From Thermoanaerobaculia bacterium (GTDB lineage: Bacteria > Acidobacteriota > Thermoanaerobaculia > Gp7-AA8): DNA of 64,000 bases. The translations under genes and the position numbers were made by a program. The first letter of the stretch is position 1. Each line of letters begins with the position of its first letter. Under the pieces are notes generated by a model. That model made no database searches. It saw nothing but the letters and a program-made list of their open reading frames with translations, and was not told the DNA's origin. Where the stretch lies: contig DASPHZ010000002.1 in the NCBI GenBank assembly GCA_035629395.1, positions 69,423-133,422 of the forward strand. The letters are read 5' to 3'. Positions 1-11,965 of this stretch are shown here, in pieces.

Positions 1-2009
1 GAGTCGGCGATCGGACCGAGCAGGATGTTCGCCAGCGTGGTTGAAGGTGCGAGACGAAGCGCGGTCTTCGCATCGCGGAGGGCCGCTCGGAACTGATCAA
101 TCTCGCGCATCAGTCGGTCCTTCGCGATCATGACGCGTGCGTGGCGCGCGCCGCGAGAGCTCATCGCGAAGATCACGACGCGATCGGAAAGCGCCGTGTA
201 GTGCACGATCGTCGTGTCTTCTTCGAGCGCGTCGGCTATCGCTTGCATCGTGTGCGGCGAAGATTCGCCAGCTCCTTCGAAACGTTCGCGAAAGATGCGG
301 CCGCGCTGCCGCTCCGCCGTCTCGAAGGCGCGTTCGTAATCGCCTGCGGCTTCTGCCAGGTCGTACAACTCGTCATATGCGTCCAGCGAGCTTCCGAGAA
401 ACGTGTCGCGAAGCTCGTCCAGAGCGATCTGCAGCCGGCGAGCCTCGATGGCATCGATCGCGTCGGACAGATCTCGTGCAGCGTCGTCTCCGCGTCCCAG
501 CAGCCGGGCTGCGCGCGCTCTCTCGACCAGTAGGCGGGGAACGTGGATCGGCTTGTTCCGTCGCGCGAACTCGATGACATCGGAAAGCAGGGCGTGGGCG
601 GTGGCAGGATCGCGCTCCCGTTTCACCAACGCACGAACCGTCGCCACGTCGTGCAGCGCTGATTCGCGAAGAGGATCCGGAAGTGCAAGTGCCGTTGCCG
701 AAGCGCGCGCAAGTTCGGTCGCTGCACGTTCCATGTTCCCGGCACGTGTTTCGGAGAGCGCGCTTCCCAGCAGATTGAGGACGCGCCGCCTGCGATTCGG
801 TGGCGTGACGCGGCAATCGAGCGCGAGCCGGTAGTAAGAGCGGGCGAGATCGAACTGGCTCGTGTAGTAGGCGTCGGATGCCGCTTGGGTCAGCATCGAT
901 TCAATGGCGCCGAGATCTCCGTTTGCGCTCGCGCGCTGGAATGCGGCGTGCCGCAGCCGCGCAGCCTCGCCGTCACGTCCGAGCCGTACCAATACGTGCG
1001 CTGCGAGATCGGACAACGTCGCCGCGAGGCCGGACTCGCCGAGTCGTGCGAATGTGCGTTCCGCTTCACGGTAGGACACGAGTGCGGTGTACAGCGCGCC
1101 ACCGCTGCCGATGATCGTTCCATGGAGCCATGCCACTTCCGCGCGGCGCGCCGGATAGCGTTCCGGAACGAGCCGTTGCACTTGCTCTACGAGCTGACGT
1201 GCACGCGCGAGATCGTTCGTGTCATTGATCGCGACCGCATGGAACTGCGCCGCCGTGAGTGCCATCGGGCTCCCCACAGTCTCGAATCCGGCGCGGGCCT
1301 GCTCGAGGAGCGGAATGGCGGCCGCGGCGTCGCGTCGAGCGAGCAGACGGCGCCCCGCGTCGTACTGCTTCTGCGCTGCGGCGAGCCTGGTCTGCTGCGC
1401 GGGTGCGGCATGCTCGATCGCGGCGATCGCGTCACTCAGGAAATGGTCGTTCTGCAACTGCTGCAACGCGCCGGCGACCGTGCGCACGAGGCTGAGCGCC
1501 GTCGCTGCGTCAGCACGGGCGCGTCGGTCGTGGGCATCCGCCCATTCGGTCAGGAAAGGGCCTTCCGCGTATGTCCGCGCCTGTTGTGGATACCTGCCGA
1601 TGATCGCCGATACAGCGGCCGAATCGCCACCGGCTGCCGCGGAGCGCAGAGCCGGTATCACGCGCGACCATTGTTCGTCGAGCGAAACGCGATGCAGCGA
1701 GGCGCGGCGTTCTGCCATTTCTGCCAGCATCGTCTCGTCGCTTTCCAGTCGTGCCCATCGGTCGAACTCTTGTGCAGCCGCGTCGAGCAATCCCATTTTC
1801 TCGAGCGCGAGTGCGCGTGCGAGGTGTGGTGCCGGCGCCTCGGGCTGCTGGTCGATCGCGGCATCTGCCGCAATGAGCTCCTGCGCGAGCGTTTCGGGTT
1901 CCTGCGCTGCAGAGGCGGCTCTTCGCATGGAAGCAACCTTCGGAGACGCTTCGCGCCGCATCCACGTGCGCCATCCCGCCAGACCAGTTCCGACGATGAG
2001 TATCAGCAC
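1..2009 (-). CDS. TPR-repeat / CHAT-like domain protein, 5' partial in window (continues past position 1); N-terminal hydrophobic anchor
   Basis: Open minus-strand frame with no stop from ~2068 down to position 1, so it is absent from the ORF track. Translation verified codon-by-codon for 1-240 and 1980-2070 and read by eye through 240-1980, where several overlapping ORF-track entries lie in other frames. N-terminus ...ALATAVLILIVGTGLAGW is hydrophobic. Body is Ala/Leu/Arg-rich with helical TPR-like repeats. Low-coordinate end reads ...EEDTTIVHYTALSDRVVIFAMSS...TLANILLGPIAD, resembling the entry region of CHAT domains. GC3 is high. Start codon uncertain (GTG at 2009 is the first canonical start after an upstream TGA). 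Confidence 0.45.
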   Translation of the reverse strand, partial: MLILIVGTGLAGWRTWMRREASPKVASMRRAASAAQEPETLAQELIAADAAIDQQPEAPAPHLARALALEKMGLLDAAAQEFDRWARLESDETMLAEMAERRASLHRVSLDEQWSRVIPALRSAAAGGDSAAVSAIIGRYPQQARTYAEGPFLTEWADAHDRRARADAATALSLVRTVAGALQQLQNDHFLSDAIAAIEHAAPAQQTRLAAAQKQYDAGRRLLARRDAAAAIPLLEQARAGFETVGSPMALTAAQFHAVAINDTNDLARARQLVEQVQRLVPERYPARRAEVAWLHGTIIGSGGALYTALVSYREAERTFARLGESGLAATLSDLAAHVLVRLGRDGEAARLRHAAFQRASANGDLGAIESMLTQAASDAYYTSQFDLARSYYRLALDCRVTPPNRRRRVLNLLGSALSETRAGNMERAATELARASATALALPDPLRESALHDVATVRALVKRERDPATAHALLSDVIEFARRNKPIHVPRLLVERARAARLLGRGDDAARDLSDAIDAIEARRLQIALDELRDTFLGSSLDAYDELYDLAEAAGDYERAFETAERQRGRIFRERFEGAGESSPHTMQAIADALEEDTTIVHYTALSDRVVIFAMSSRGARHARVMIAKDRLMREIDQFRAALRDAKTALRLAPSTTLANILLGPIAD

Positions 2010-2200
2010 GGCCGTCGCGAGGGCGTGTCGTTGCAGTCGCATTGCGCGCAGGAAAGACTGATCCGCCTCCGTGGACTTCAAATTGCTGAGATGAGTCTGA
2101 ATTCTCGCGCATTGCGTGCGCGTTGAACAGGCTGCAGCCGCTTCTGGCCTCGGTGTACCTGTGCTAAAACCACCCGACCAAAGGAGCAAGGAACCACACC

Positions 2201-3337
2201 ATGACCGTCACCACCCCCCAGGCCCCCACCCTCCGTGAAGTCGCCGAGTCCGGCGGGAATCCGCTCCGGCTGAAGCGTGTGCATCATGTCGAGTTCTGGG
2301 TGGGGAACGCGAAGCAGGCGGCGTTTTACTACCGGAAGGCGTTCGGGTTTTCGCAGGTGGCGTATTCGGGGCTGGAGACGGGGAATCGGGAGTTTGCCTC
2401 GTACGTGCTCGGGCAGGGGAAGGTGCGGTTCGTCCTCTCGACGCCGTTCGATCCGAACCATCCGGCGAGCGAGCACATCCGGAAGCATGGGGATGGCGTT
2501 CGCGACATCGCGCTGCTGGTCGAGGACGCCGATTACGCGTACGCGGAAGCGGTGAAGCGGGGCGCGACGGGAATCGTCGAGCCGCATGATGTTGCGGGAG
2601 ACCACGGCACGATCCGCCGCGCGGCCATCCAGACCTACGGCGACACCATCCACTCCTTCATCAGCTACGCGAACTACGACGGCGCGTTCCTGCCGGGCTA
2701 CGTCGCCGCGCCCATCGAAGGGGAGCCCGTCGGCATCGCCGCGGTCGATCACATGGTCGGCAACGTCGAGCTCGGAAAGATGAACGAGTGGTGCGAGTTC
2801 TACAGCAAGGTGATGGGCTTCTCGCGCTACATCACCTTCGACGACAAGGACATCAACACCGAGTACTCGGCCCTCATGTCGATCGTCATGAGCGACGACA
2901 ACCGGGTCGTGAAGTTCCCGATCAACGAGCCGGCCGCGGGCAAGAGGAAATCGCAGATCCAGGAGTATCTGGAGGCGTACTACGGCCCCGGCGTGCAGCA
3001 CGTGGCGCTCCTCTGCGGCGACGTCATCAGCACGGTGACGAATCTCAAGAACAACGGCGTCGAGTTCCTCTCCGTGCCGGACAGCTACTACGCCGAGCTC
3101 CCGTCGCGCGTCGGCACGATCGACGAGCCGATGGAAGCGCTGCAGAAGCTCGGCATCCTCGTCGACCGCGACGAAGAGGGCTACCTCCTCCAGATCTTCA
3201 CCAAACCCGTGCAGGACCGCCCCACCGTCTTCTTCGAGATCCTCCAGCGCAAGGGCGCCCGCGGATTCGGAAAAGGGAACTTCAAGGCGCTGTTCGAGTC
3301 GATCGAGAGGGAGCAGGCGAGGAGGGGGAACCTGTAG
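2201..3337 (+). CDS. hppD: 4-hydroxyphenylpyruvate dioxygenase
   Basis: 378 aa. Tandem VOC domains. Conserved [16 protein letters not shown] and C-terminal FFEIIQRKG...[15 protein letters not shown] motifs. AAGGAG ribosome-binding site upstream. Confidence 0.92.
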   Translation: MTVTTPQAPTLREVAESGGNPLRLKRVHHVEFWVGNAKQAAFYYRKAFGFSQVAYSGLETGNREFASYVLGQGKVRFVLSTPFDPNHPASEHIRKHGDGVRDIALLVEDADYAYAEAVKRGATGIVEPHDVAGDHGTIRRAAIQTYGDTIHSFISYANYDGAFLPGYVAAPIEGEPVGIAAVDHMVGNVELGKMNEWCEFYSKVMGFSRYITFDDKDINTEYSALMSIVMSDDNRVVKFPINEPAAGKRKSQIQEYLEAYYGPGVQHVALLCGDVISTVTNLKNNGVEFLSVPDSYYAELPSRVGTIDEPMEALQKLGILVDRDEEGYLLQIFTKPVQDRPTVFFEILQRKGARGFGKGNFKALFESIEREQARRGNL

Positions 3338-3447
3338 CAGCGTTGCTGGCTGCTCGTTGGTGGTTGCTCGTGACGTGTCGCCCCGGCGATGGACTCCCGA
3401 GCACCAGCAACCAGCAACCAGCAAGCAGCAACCAGCAACCAGCCACA
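3338..3447. repeat. Inverted array of phased heptamer repeats (unit CAGCAAC / GTTGCTG), family B copy 1; exactly fills the hppD stop to hmgA start gap
   Basis: Left arm gttgctg-gctgctc-gttggtg-gttgctc. Unique core gacgtgtcgccccggcgatggactcc. Right arm cagcaac x5-6 running directly into the hmgA ATG. Confidence 0.8.
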
Positions 3448-4700
3448 TGTACCAATCCGGCTTCAACAACGAATTCGCCACCGAGGCCATCGCGGGCGTG
3501 CTTCCGGAGCGGGGCAACTCGCCGCAACGCGTGAAGTTCGGGTTGTACGCGGAGCAGTTCTCCGGCTCGCCGTTCACGGTGCCGCGTCCGATGCAGAAGC
3601 GCGCGTGGTTGTATCGGATCCGGCCGAGCGTGCTGCATGAGCCGTTCACGGCCGCGGACGCACGCCATCTGCGCGGGGCATTCGACGAAGTGCCGGTGCC
3701 GCCGAATCAACTGCGCTGGGATCCGCTGCCGATTCCCAGCGAGCCCACGGACTTCATCGAAGGCCTGACCACGATTGCCGGCAACGCCGGAGTGGGCATC
3801 CACCTCTACGCGTGCAATCGCCCGATGGAAGGGCGCTTTTTCTACGATGCCGACGGCGAGCTGCTGATCGTCCCCGAACAGGGCGCACTGAAGATCCTCA
3901 CGGAGCTCGGCATCCTCGACGTCAAACCGGGCGAGATCGCCGTGATCCCGCGCGGCACGAAGTTCCGCGTCGAAAACGAAAAAGCCCGCGGCTACATCTG
4001 CGAGAACTACGGCGCGAACTTCCGTCTCCCCGACCTCGGGCCGATCGGCTCGAACGGTCTCGCCAATCCGCGCGACTTTCTGACTCCCGCCGCCGCGTAC
4101 GAAGACGTCGAAGGCGACTTCGAGCTGCTCGCGAAATTCGACGGGCATCTCTGGTCCGCACGCATCGACCATTCGCCGCTCGACGTCGTGGCGTGGCACG
4201 GCAACTACGCGCCGTACAAATACGACCTGGCCAAGTTCAACGTCATCAACACGGTCTCGTTCGACCATCCCGATCCGTCGATCTTCACCGTCCTCACCTC
4301 GCCATCCGACACGCCCGGCACCGCGAACTGCGACTTCGTCATCTTCCCGCCGCGCTGGATGGTCGCCGAAGACACCTTCAGGCCACCTTATTTTCATCGC
4401 AATATCATGAATGAATATATGGGACTGATTTATGGTGTCTACGACGCGAAGGCGGAAGGCTTCGCGCCGGGCGGCGGGAGCCTGCACAACTGCATGTCCG
4501 GCCACGGTCCCGACGCCGCCACGTTCGACGCCGCGAGCAACGCGAAGCTCGAGCCGAAGTTCATCGGCGACACGCTCGCCTTCATGTTCGAGACGCGCCA
4601 CCTCATCCGTCCCACCCGCTTCGCCCTCGAGTCGCCGCTCCTGCAGCGCGACTACTGGCGCTGCTGGCAGGGCCTCCGCAAAAACTTCGAGCCTGCATGA
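3447..4700 (+). CDS. hmgA: homogentisate 1,2-dioxygenase
   Basis: N-terminal [14 protein letters not shown]...[22 protein letters not shown] is the typical HGD start. ~417 aa cupin protein. The listed ORF start at 3357 is a spurious extension through the repeat. Confidence 0.9.
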   Translation: MYQSGFNNEFATEAIAGVLPERGNSPQRVKFGLYAEQFSGSPFTVPRPMQKRAWLYRIRPSVLHEPFTAADARHLRGAFDEVPVPPNQLRWDPLPIPSEPTDFIEGLTTIAGNAGVGIHLYACNRPMEGRFFYDADGELLIVPEQGALKILTELGILDVKPGEIAVIPRGTKFRVENEKARGYICENYGANFRLPDLGPIGSNGLANPRDFLTPAAAYEDVEGDFELLAKFDGHLWSARIDHSPLDVVAWHGNYAPYKYDLAKFNVINTVSFDHPDPSIFTVLTSPSDTPGTANCDFVIFPPRWMVAEDTFRPPYFHRNIMNEYMGLIYGVYDAKAEGFAPGGGSLHNCMSGHGPDAATFDAASNAKLEPKFIGDTLAFMFETRHLIRPTRFALESPLLQRDYWRCWQGLRKNFEPA

Positions 4701-5431
4701 TCGCGAAGTCGCTGCGCGCGCTGCTCGAGGGGCTCGTCGACTACGCGGGCCTCTTTCCGCCCGCGGCGCTCTCGATGCAGGACGCCGTCCGCAACTACGC
4801 CCGCTACCGCGAAGGCGAGTACTCCTGGATGCTCGGGAAGTTCGTCGTCCCGCGGGAGCGCGCGGACGAGGTGCCGGGTGAGTATCCGACGAGCATCCTC
4901 GGCATCGACGAAGTGAAGGCGGCGAGCGAAGCGGAGCTGAGCGCATTCGCCGAAGGGACGTTCGTCGAGATCGCGAATCTCGACCTGCTGGACGCCATCG
5001 AGAGAAACCACCTCCGCGCGAAGATCCGCACCGGCGGCATCACCGCGGACGCGTTCCCCCCCATCGAAAACATCGCCGCCTTCCTCCGCGCGTGCAAGGA
5101 GAAAGGCATCGCCTTCAAGGCCACGGCGGGCCTCCATCATCCGCTGCGCTGCGTCAAGCCGCTCACGTACGACGCGGACGCGCCGACCGGCACGATGCAC
5201 GGGTTCCTCAACGTCTTCATGGCCGCGGCGATCGTCGATCGCGCCGAAGAAGTCCTGCGCGAAGACGATCCGCGTGCGTTCGCATTCGACGACGAAGTCG
5301 CGTCGTGGCGCGAAGTCCAGGTCAGCGTGAAATCGATCGCCGAGATGCGTGAGACTTTCGCGATTTCCTTCGGCAGTTGTTCGTTCGAGGAACCCATCAG
5401 CGACTTGCGCGCGCTCGGCCTTCTCCCCTGA
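4697..5431 (+). CDS. conserved hypothetical protein (244 aa) embedded in the tyrosine-catabolic cluster; function unknown
   Basis: ATGA stop/start overlap with hmgA, implying translational coupling. High GC3. No domain recognised by eye. Contains [12 protein letters not shown]. Confidence 0.6.
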   Translation: MIAKSLRALLEGLVDYAGLFPPAALSMQDAVRNYARYREGEYSWMLGKFVVPRERADEVPGEYPTSILGIDEVKAASEAELSAFAEGTFVEIANLDLLDAIERNHLRAKIRTGGITADAFPPIENIAAFLRACKEKGIAFKATAGLHHPLRCVKPLTYDADAPTGTMHGFLNVFMAAAIVDRAEEVLREDDPRAFAFDDEVASWREVQVSVKSIAEMRETFAISFGSCSFEEPISDLRALGLLP

Positions 5432-5522
5432 CTCCGACTCGTAACAAATTCTGACGAGCTTGTGACGAACTCCCCACGCCGTGCGCCGTAGGATCTCTGC
5501 AGTTCAACAGAGAGGATCAGCA

Positions 5523-8197
<2,675 letters not shown>

Positions 8198-8201
<4 letters not shown>

Positions 8202-8494
8202 GTGCATCTTCCGTCGTCCTCCGCGGCATCGACGCGCGCACGTTTTCGGAGATGGAGAATTTCGTGAAGGATCTCGAGGCGCGGCCGACCGACCGTCTCC
8301 TCCGCGACCTCGGCGAGCTGTGCGAGCTGCCGCTGACGAAGGTCTCCCTGGTGTCTTACGTGATGTACACGAAGTTCCGCGCGGCGGACGCCGAGGAGAA
8401 GGCGCGCATGCGGGAGAGCGTGGCGGCCACGTTCGAGACGGTCGAAGGCGAAGCGAAGGAGCGCGTGGGCCAGATCCTCGATCGCATGCGATAG
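8198..8494 (+). CDS. small hypothetical protein (98 aa), translationally coupled to the kinase
   Basis: ATGA overlap with the kinase stop. High GC3. Acidic/helical sequence with no recognisable domain. Confidence 0.5.
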
Positions 8495-8498
8495 CGCC

Positions 8499-8591
8499 GT
8501 CATCCTGAGCGAAGCGAAGGATCTCGAACTTCGTCGCATGCGCGTTCTGCCTAGCCTGAGACCCTTCGCCCTCTGCGGGGCTCAGGGTGAC
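8499..8591. repeat. ~90-bp palindromic REP/MITE-like element, copy 1 (termini GTCATCCTGAGC...GCTCAGGGTGAC, inner GCGAAGGATCTC...GAGACCCTTCGC)
   Basis: Nested inverted repeats can form a long imperfect hairpin. A second copy lies at 9781-9867. Translates as ...SS*AKRRIS / ILRSAQDDG in spurious ORFs. Confidence 0.8.
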
Positions 8592-8608
8592 GGATAGAAT
8601 CGGCCTGC

Positions 8609-9790
8609 ATGACCGACTTTCCGATCGAAAACCTTCCCTTCGGCGTTTTCCGCGCGGCTGACGGCAACGCGCATGGATGCACGGCGTTCGAGGACCGCAT
8701 CCTCGACCTGCATGCATGCGCGCGCGCGGGCCTCATCGACGAGCCGGCGCTGCTCGCGCCGCTGCTCAACGAGTTGATGGCGAAGGGACGCGCCGCGTCG
8801 CGGGCCGTGCGTGCTCGCGTGCGCGAGCTCATCGAATCCGGCGCCGCGGACGCGCACTTTGTCCCAATGCAGGGAGCGGAGATGCTCCTGCCGATGCGCA
8901 TCGGCGACTACACCGATTTCTACGCGAGCATCCATCACGCGACGAACGTCGGCTCGATGTTCCGTCCCGACAATCCGCTGCTGCCGAATTACAAGTGGTT
9001 GCCGATCGGCTATCACGGGCGCGCGTCGTCGATCGTCGTCAGCGGCACGCCCGTGCGCCGTCCCGCGGGACAGACGAAGGACGATGCGAGTGCCTCGCCG
9101 AGCTTCGGTCCCTCCAAGAGGCTCGATTACGAAATGGAAATGGGCATCGTCATCGGCGCGGGCAATGCCCTCGGCGAACCGATTGCGGTCGGCGACGCGC
9201 TGGGGCACGTGTTCGGATTCTGTCTCGTCAACGACTGGTCCGCCCGCGACGTGCAGACGTGGGAGTACCAGCCGCTCGGGCCGTTCCTGGCGAAGAATTT
9301 CGCCACGTCGATCTCGCCGTGGATCGTGACGATGGACGCGCTGGAGCCGTTCCGCACGAAGGCATTCGTGCGTGCGGAAGGAGATCCGCCGCCGCTTCCT
9401 TACTTACAGGACGACGTCGGCTTCGACGTCAACGTGGAAGTGTGGCTGCGCACCGCGAAGATGACCGAGCCCGTGCGTCTCAGCCGCGGCAACTTCCGCG
9501 ACATGTACTGGACAGTCGCGCAGCTCGTGGCGCATCACACGTCGAACGGCTGCAACCTCGTGCCCGGCGACCTGCTCGCGAGCGGCACGATCTCGGGTGA
9601 AGCGAAGGACGCGCGCGGCTCGCTGCTCGAGCGGGCGTGGCGCGGCACCGAGCCGGTCGAATTGCCGGGCGGGGAAACGCGCAAGTTTCTCGAAGACGGT
9701 GACGAAGTGGTGTTGCGCGCGTACTGCGAGCGCGACGGCCTGCGCATCGGCTTCGGCGAATGCCGCGGCGTCGTGCTGCCGTCATCCTGA
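8609..9790 (+). CDS. fahA: fumarylacetoacetate hydrolase
   Basis: 393 aa. N-terminal FPIENLPFGVF and a FAH-fold C-terminal domain (GYHGRASS, DYEMEMG, VNDWSARD). Confidence 0.9.
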   Translation: MTDFPIENLPFGVFRAADGNAHGCTAFEDRILDLHACARAGLIDEPALLAPLLNELMAKGRAASRAVRARVRELIESGAADAHFVPMQGAEMLLPMRIGDYTDFYASIHHATNVGSMFRPDNPLLPNYKWLPIGYHGRASSIVVSGTPVRRPAGQTKDDASASPSFGPSKRLDYEMEMGIVIGAGNALGEPIAVGDALGHVFGFCLVNDWSARDVQTWEYQPLGPFLAKNFATSISPWIVTMDALEPFRTKAFVRAEGDPPPLPYLQDDVGFDVNVEVWLRTAKMTEPVRLSRGNFRDMYWTVAQLVAHHTSNGCNLVPGDLLASGTISGEAKDARGSLLERAWRGTEPVELPGGETRKFLEDGDEVVLRAYCERDGLRIGFGECRGVVLPSS

Positions 9791-9867
9791 GCGGAGCGAA
9801 GGATCTCAAAATGCGTAGGACGCGCGTGCTGCGTAGTCTGAGACCCTTCTTCGCGGCTTAGGGTGAC
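9781..9867. repeat. ~90-bp palindromic REP/MITE-like element, copy 2; supplies the fahA stop codon and sits between convergent genes
   Basis: Begins GTCATCCTGAGCGGAGCGAAGGATCTC and ends GCTTAGGGTGAC. The fahA C-terminal residues ...LPSS and its TGA lie inside the element. Confidence 0.8.
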
Positions 9868-9872
9868 GCGGC

Positions 9873-10118
9873 TCAATTCGCGATCGAGTTCGGGCCGCTG
9901 CTGCCGCGATGCTTGCGCGCGAATCCGCGCGCGACCGCGGTCTGCACCGCATCGCGCAATTCCGCGGCGAGTGAGCCGGCCCAGACGACTTCGCGGCCGT
10001 CGGTGAACCGGATCTCTGCCTGCAGGGTCTCGTGAAACGTGATCTGCGCAACGCGTGCGGTCGGGTCGGGAACGATCGGCATGGTGCAGTCATGGTAACT
10101 GAACGTGACGTGCGTCAT
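9873..10118 (-). CDS. small hypothetical protein (~81 aa)
   Basis: GC3 ~80% over the ORF. Begins MTHVTFSYHDC. No strong ribosome-binding site. The 5' part of the listed ORF overlaps the HYR gene start and is probably spurious. Confidence 0.35.
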   Translation of the reverse strand: MTHVTFSYHDCTMPIVPDPTARVAQITFHETLQAEIRFTDGREVVWAGSLAAELRDAVQTAVARGFARKHRGSSGPNSIAN

Positions 10119-10155
10119 TTGTTCTGAACGGCACCCCGGGTAGTTTTCCGCGGTC

Positions 10156-11472
10156 ATGAACATTCGCAGCATTGGTGCGCTCGCCGCCCTTCTGGTGGGC
10201 GTGCCCGCATTCGCCGGCACGCTCCACGTTCGCCTCACCAACTACATCAACCACCTCGGTGAACCGAACTCGCAGACGTTCACGCTCGCCACGCAGCCGT
10301 TCACCGGCTCGACGAATTGCTCGAGCGGCGGCGGCGCGACGACGCTCACGCACGGCGTCGACTCCGTCACCGGCACCACGGTCAACGTGACCCCCGGCAA
10401 TTCCGTGCTGCTCACGGTCGATCCCGGCTCGCCGCAGGCGATGTCGGATCAGAACGGCTACTTCGTCTCGTACGGCAGCGATCCCGCGGACATGCACACG
10501 TTCGACACGGCGACGTTCCTGCCGGGCGACGGACGCGCGATCTGCTTCGGCGGCTTCGAAGGGGCGCACGATCTGTACGCGCGCTTCTACGCGGGCATCC
10601 AGTTGCTCGACGAATGCGGCAACGAGCGCACGAACTGGGCGCCGGGCGAGACGGTGAACATCAAAGTCTCGGGTGGTCTCATCTTCAACCCCGAGCCGAT
10701 GCGCCTGATGGCCGCGGGCGGCAGCGTGAACGAATGCACGTTCCTGCCGGAAGCGCCGTTGTACGCGACGGTGCACGTCACGTCCGATCCGTTCGTCTAT
10801 CCATTCACGCTGCCCGATTCCGATGCCGACATCCCGAATCCCGGCTGTACGGGCAGCGGCACGCAGCACATCACCGGCAACTGGCGCGTGGTCGTGTACG
10901 ACTCGTCGTGCGGCTGCAATCGCAATCAGTTCAACTTCACGGTCGCCAACGACGCGCCGCCCGCGCCGCCGTGCACGCTCGATTGTCCGGGCGACATCAC
11001 GGTCGACAACGATCCGGGTGCGTGCGGTGCAAACGTGACGTTCGCCGCGCCCGCGGGTGCGACGTGCGACGCATTGCCGGGCGCGTTCTTCCCGGTCGGA
11101 ACGACGACCGTGACGTGCACCTCCGGCGCGCTGTCGTGTGATTTCGACGTGACGGTGAATGACGCCGAGCCGCCGAGTGTCGGCGCGGTGAGCGCGTCAC
11201 CGAATGTGTTGTGGCCGCCGAATCATCAGATGGTGGACGTGACGCTCAACTACAGCGGCTCGGACAATTGCGGCGCGGTGGCGTGTTCGATCGTGTCGAT
11301 TGCGTCGAACGAGCCGGGGCCGGAGGATTGGGAGATCGTCGATGCGCATCACGTGCGGTTACGCGCGGAGCGTCTCGGCACCGGCAAAGGTCGCGTATAC
11401 ACGATCACCGTCGATTGCGGCGGCGCCACGAACGTCGTGACGGTCAGCGTGCCGAAGAGTCAGAAGCACTGA
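10156..11472 (+). CDS. secreted HYR-domain protein with a C-terminal Ig-like domain
   Basis: Signal peptide MNIRSIGALAALLVGVPAFA. Cys-rich. HYR-like segment CPGDITVDNDPGACGANVTF...VTCTS. C-terminal LWPPNHQMVDV...NEPGPEDWEIVDAHHVRLRAERLGTGKGRVYTI module. Confidence 0.7.
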   Translation: MNIRSIGALAALLVGVPAFAGTLHVRLTNYINHLGEPNSQTFTLATQPFTGSTNCSSGGGATTLTHGVDSVTGTTVNVTPGNSVLLTVDPGSPQAMSDQNGYFVSYGSDPADMHTFDTATFLPGDGRAICFGGFEGAHDLYARFYAGIQLLDECGNERTNWAPGETVNIKVSGGLIFNPEPMRLMAAGGSVNECTFLPEAPLYATVHVTSDPFVYPFTLPDSDADIPNPGCTGSGTQHITGNWRVVVYDSSCGCNRNQFNFTVANDAPPAPPCTLDCPGDITVDNDPGACGANVTFAAPAGATCDALPGAFFPVGTTTVTCTSGALSCDFDVTVNDAEPPSVGAVSASPNVLWPPNHQMVDVTLNYSGSDNCGAVACSIVSIASNEPGPEDWEIVDAHHVRLRAERLGTGKGRVYTITVDCGGATNVVTVSVPKSQKH

Positions 11473-11965
11473 CCAGCAAATAGCACGGGTGCATCAGGCC
11501 CGTGGGCTCGTAGAACTCATCGCGCCAGTACTCGAAGCCGAGGGCTTCGAGTACTCGGCGCGATCGTGTGTTGTGCGGATTGTGGCCGGCGTAGAGCGTC
11601 GTCGCATGGAGCGATCCGAACGCGTGGGCGATGACCGCCTTTGCCGCCTCGGGCGCGAGGCCGCGGCCCCAGAGCTCCGGCAGCAGGTGGAAGCCGAGGG
11701 CCATGATGTCGTGCTGCGGTCGAAGGCCGCAGCAGCCGGCGAATGCATTCGTCTCGAGGAGAAACAGCGGCCAGTACTGAATGCCGAGCGTTTCCTGATT
11801 CGCGATCTCGCGTGCGAGCCGCGCGCGCACCTTTTCTTCCGTGTACGGCCCGCCGATGTGTTGCATCACGTCCGCGTCCATCCAGAGACGGGACGCCAGC
11901 TCGAAGTCATTCGAGGACCAGTGGCCGAAGCCGAGACGTTCCGAACGCAGCCAGTAATTTCTCAA
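11444..11965 (-). CDS. GNAT family N-acetyltransferase
   Basis: RimJ/RimL-like sequence ...[21 protein letters not shown]...[31 protein letters not shown]. Probable TTG start overlapping the purL stop. The ORF-track entry 11444..14119 is a spurious extension. Confidence 0.6.
   Translation of the reverse strand: MRNYWLRSERLGFGHWSSNDFELASRLWMDADVMQHIGGPYTEEKVRARLAREIANQETLGIQYWPLFLLETNAFAGCCGLRPQHDIMALGFHLLPELWGRGLAPEAAKAVIAHAFGSLHATTLYAGHNPHNTRSRRVLEALGFEYWRDEFYEPTGLMHPCYLLVSASDSSAR

Noticed and set aside
885-2126. 413-aa plus-strand ORF and 200-aa minus-strand ORF (1510..2112) from the track
   Set aside because: Arg/Cys/Gly-rich, low-complexity translations typical of wrong-frame reads in high-GC DNA. 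They overlap a continuous, protein-like minus-strand frame (the TPR/CHAT-like gene).
3282-4946. 554-aa minus-strand ORF antisense to hmgA
   Set aside because: Antisense to a well-supported hmgA. The composition (RAPRA..., Pro/Arg/Ala-rich) is characteristic of high-GC shadow ORFs.
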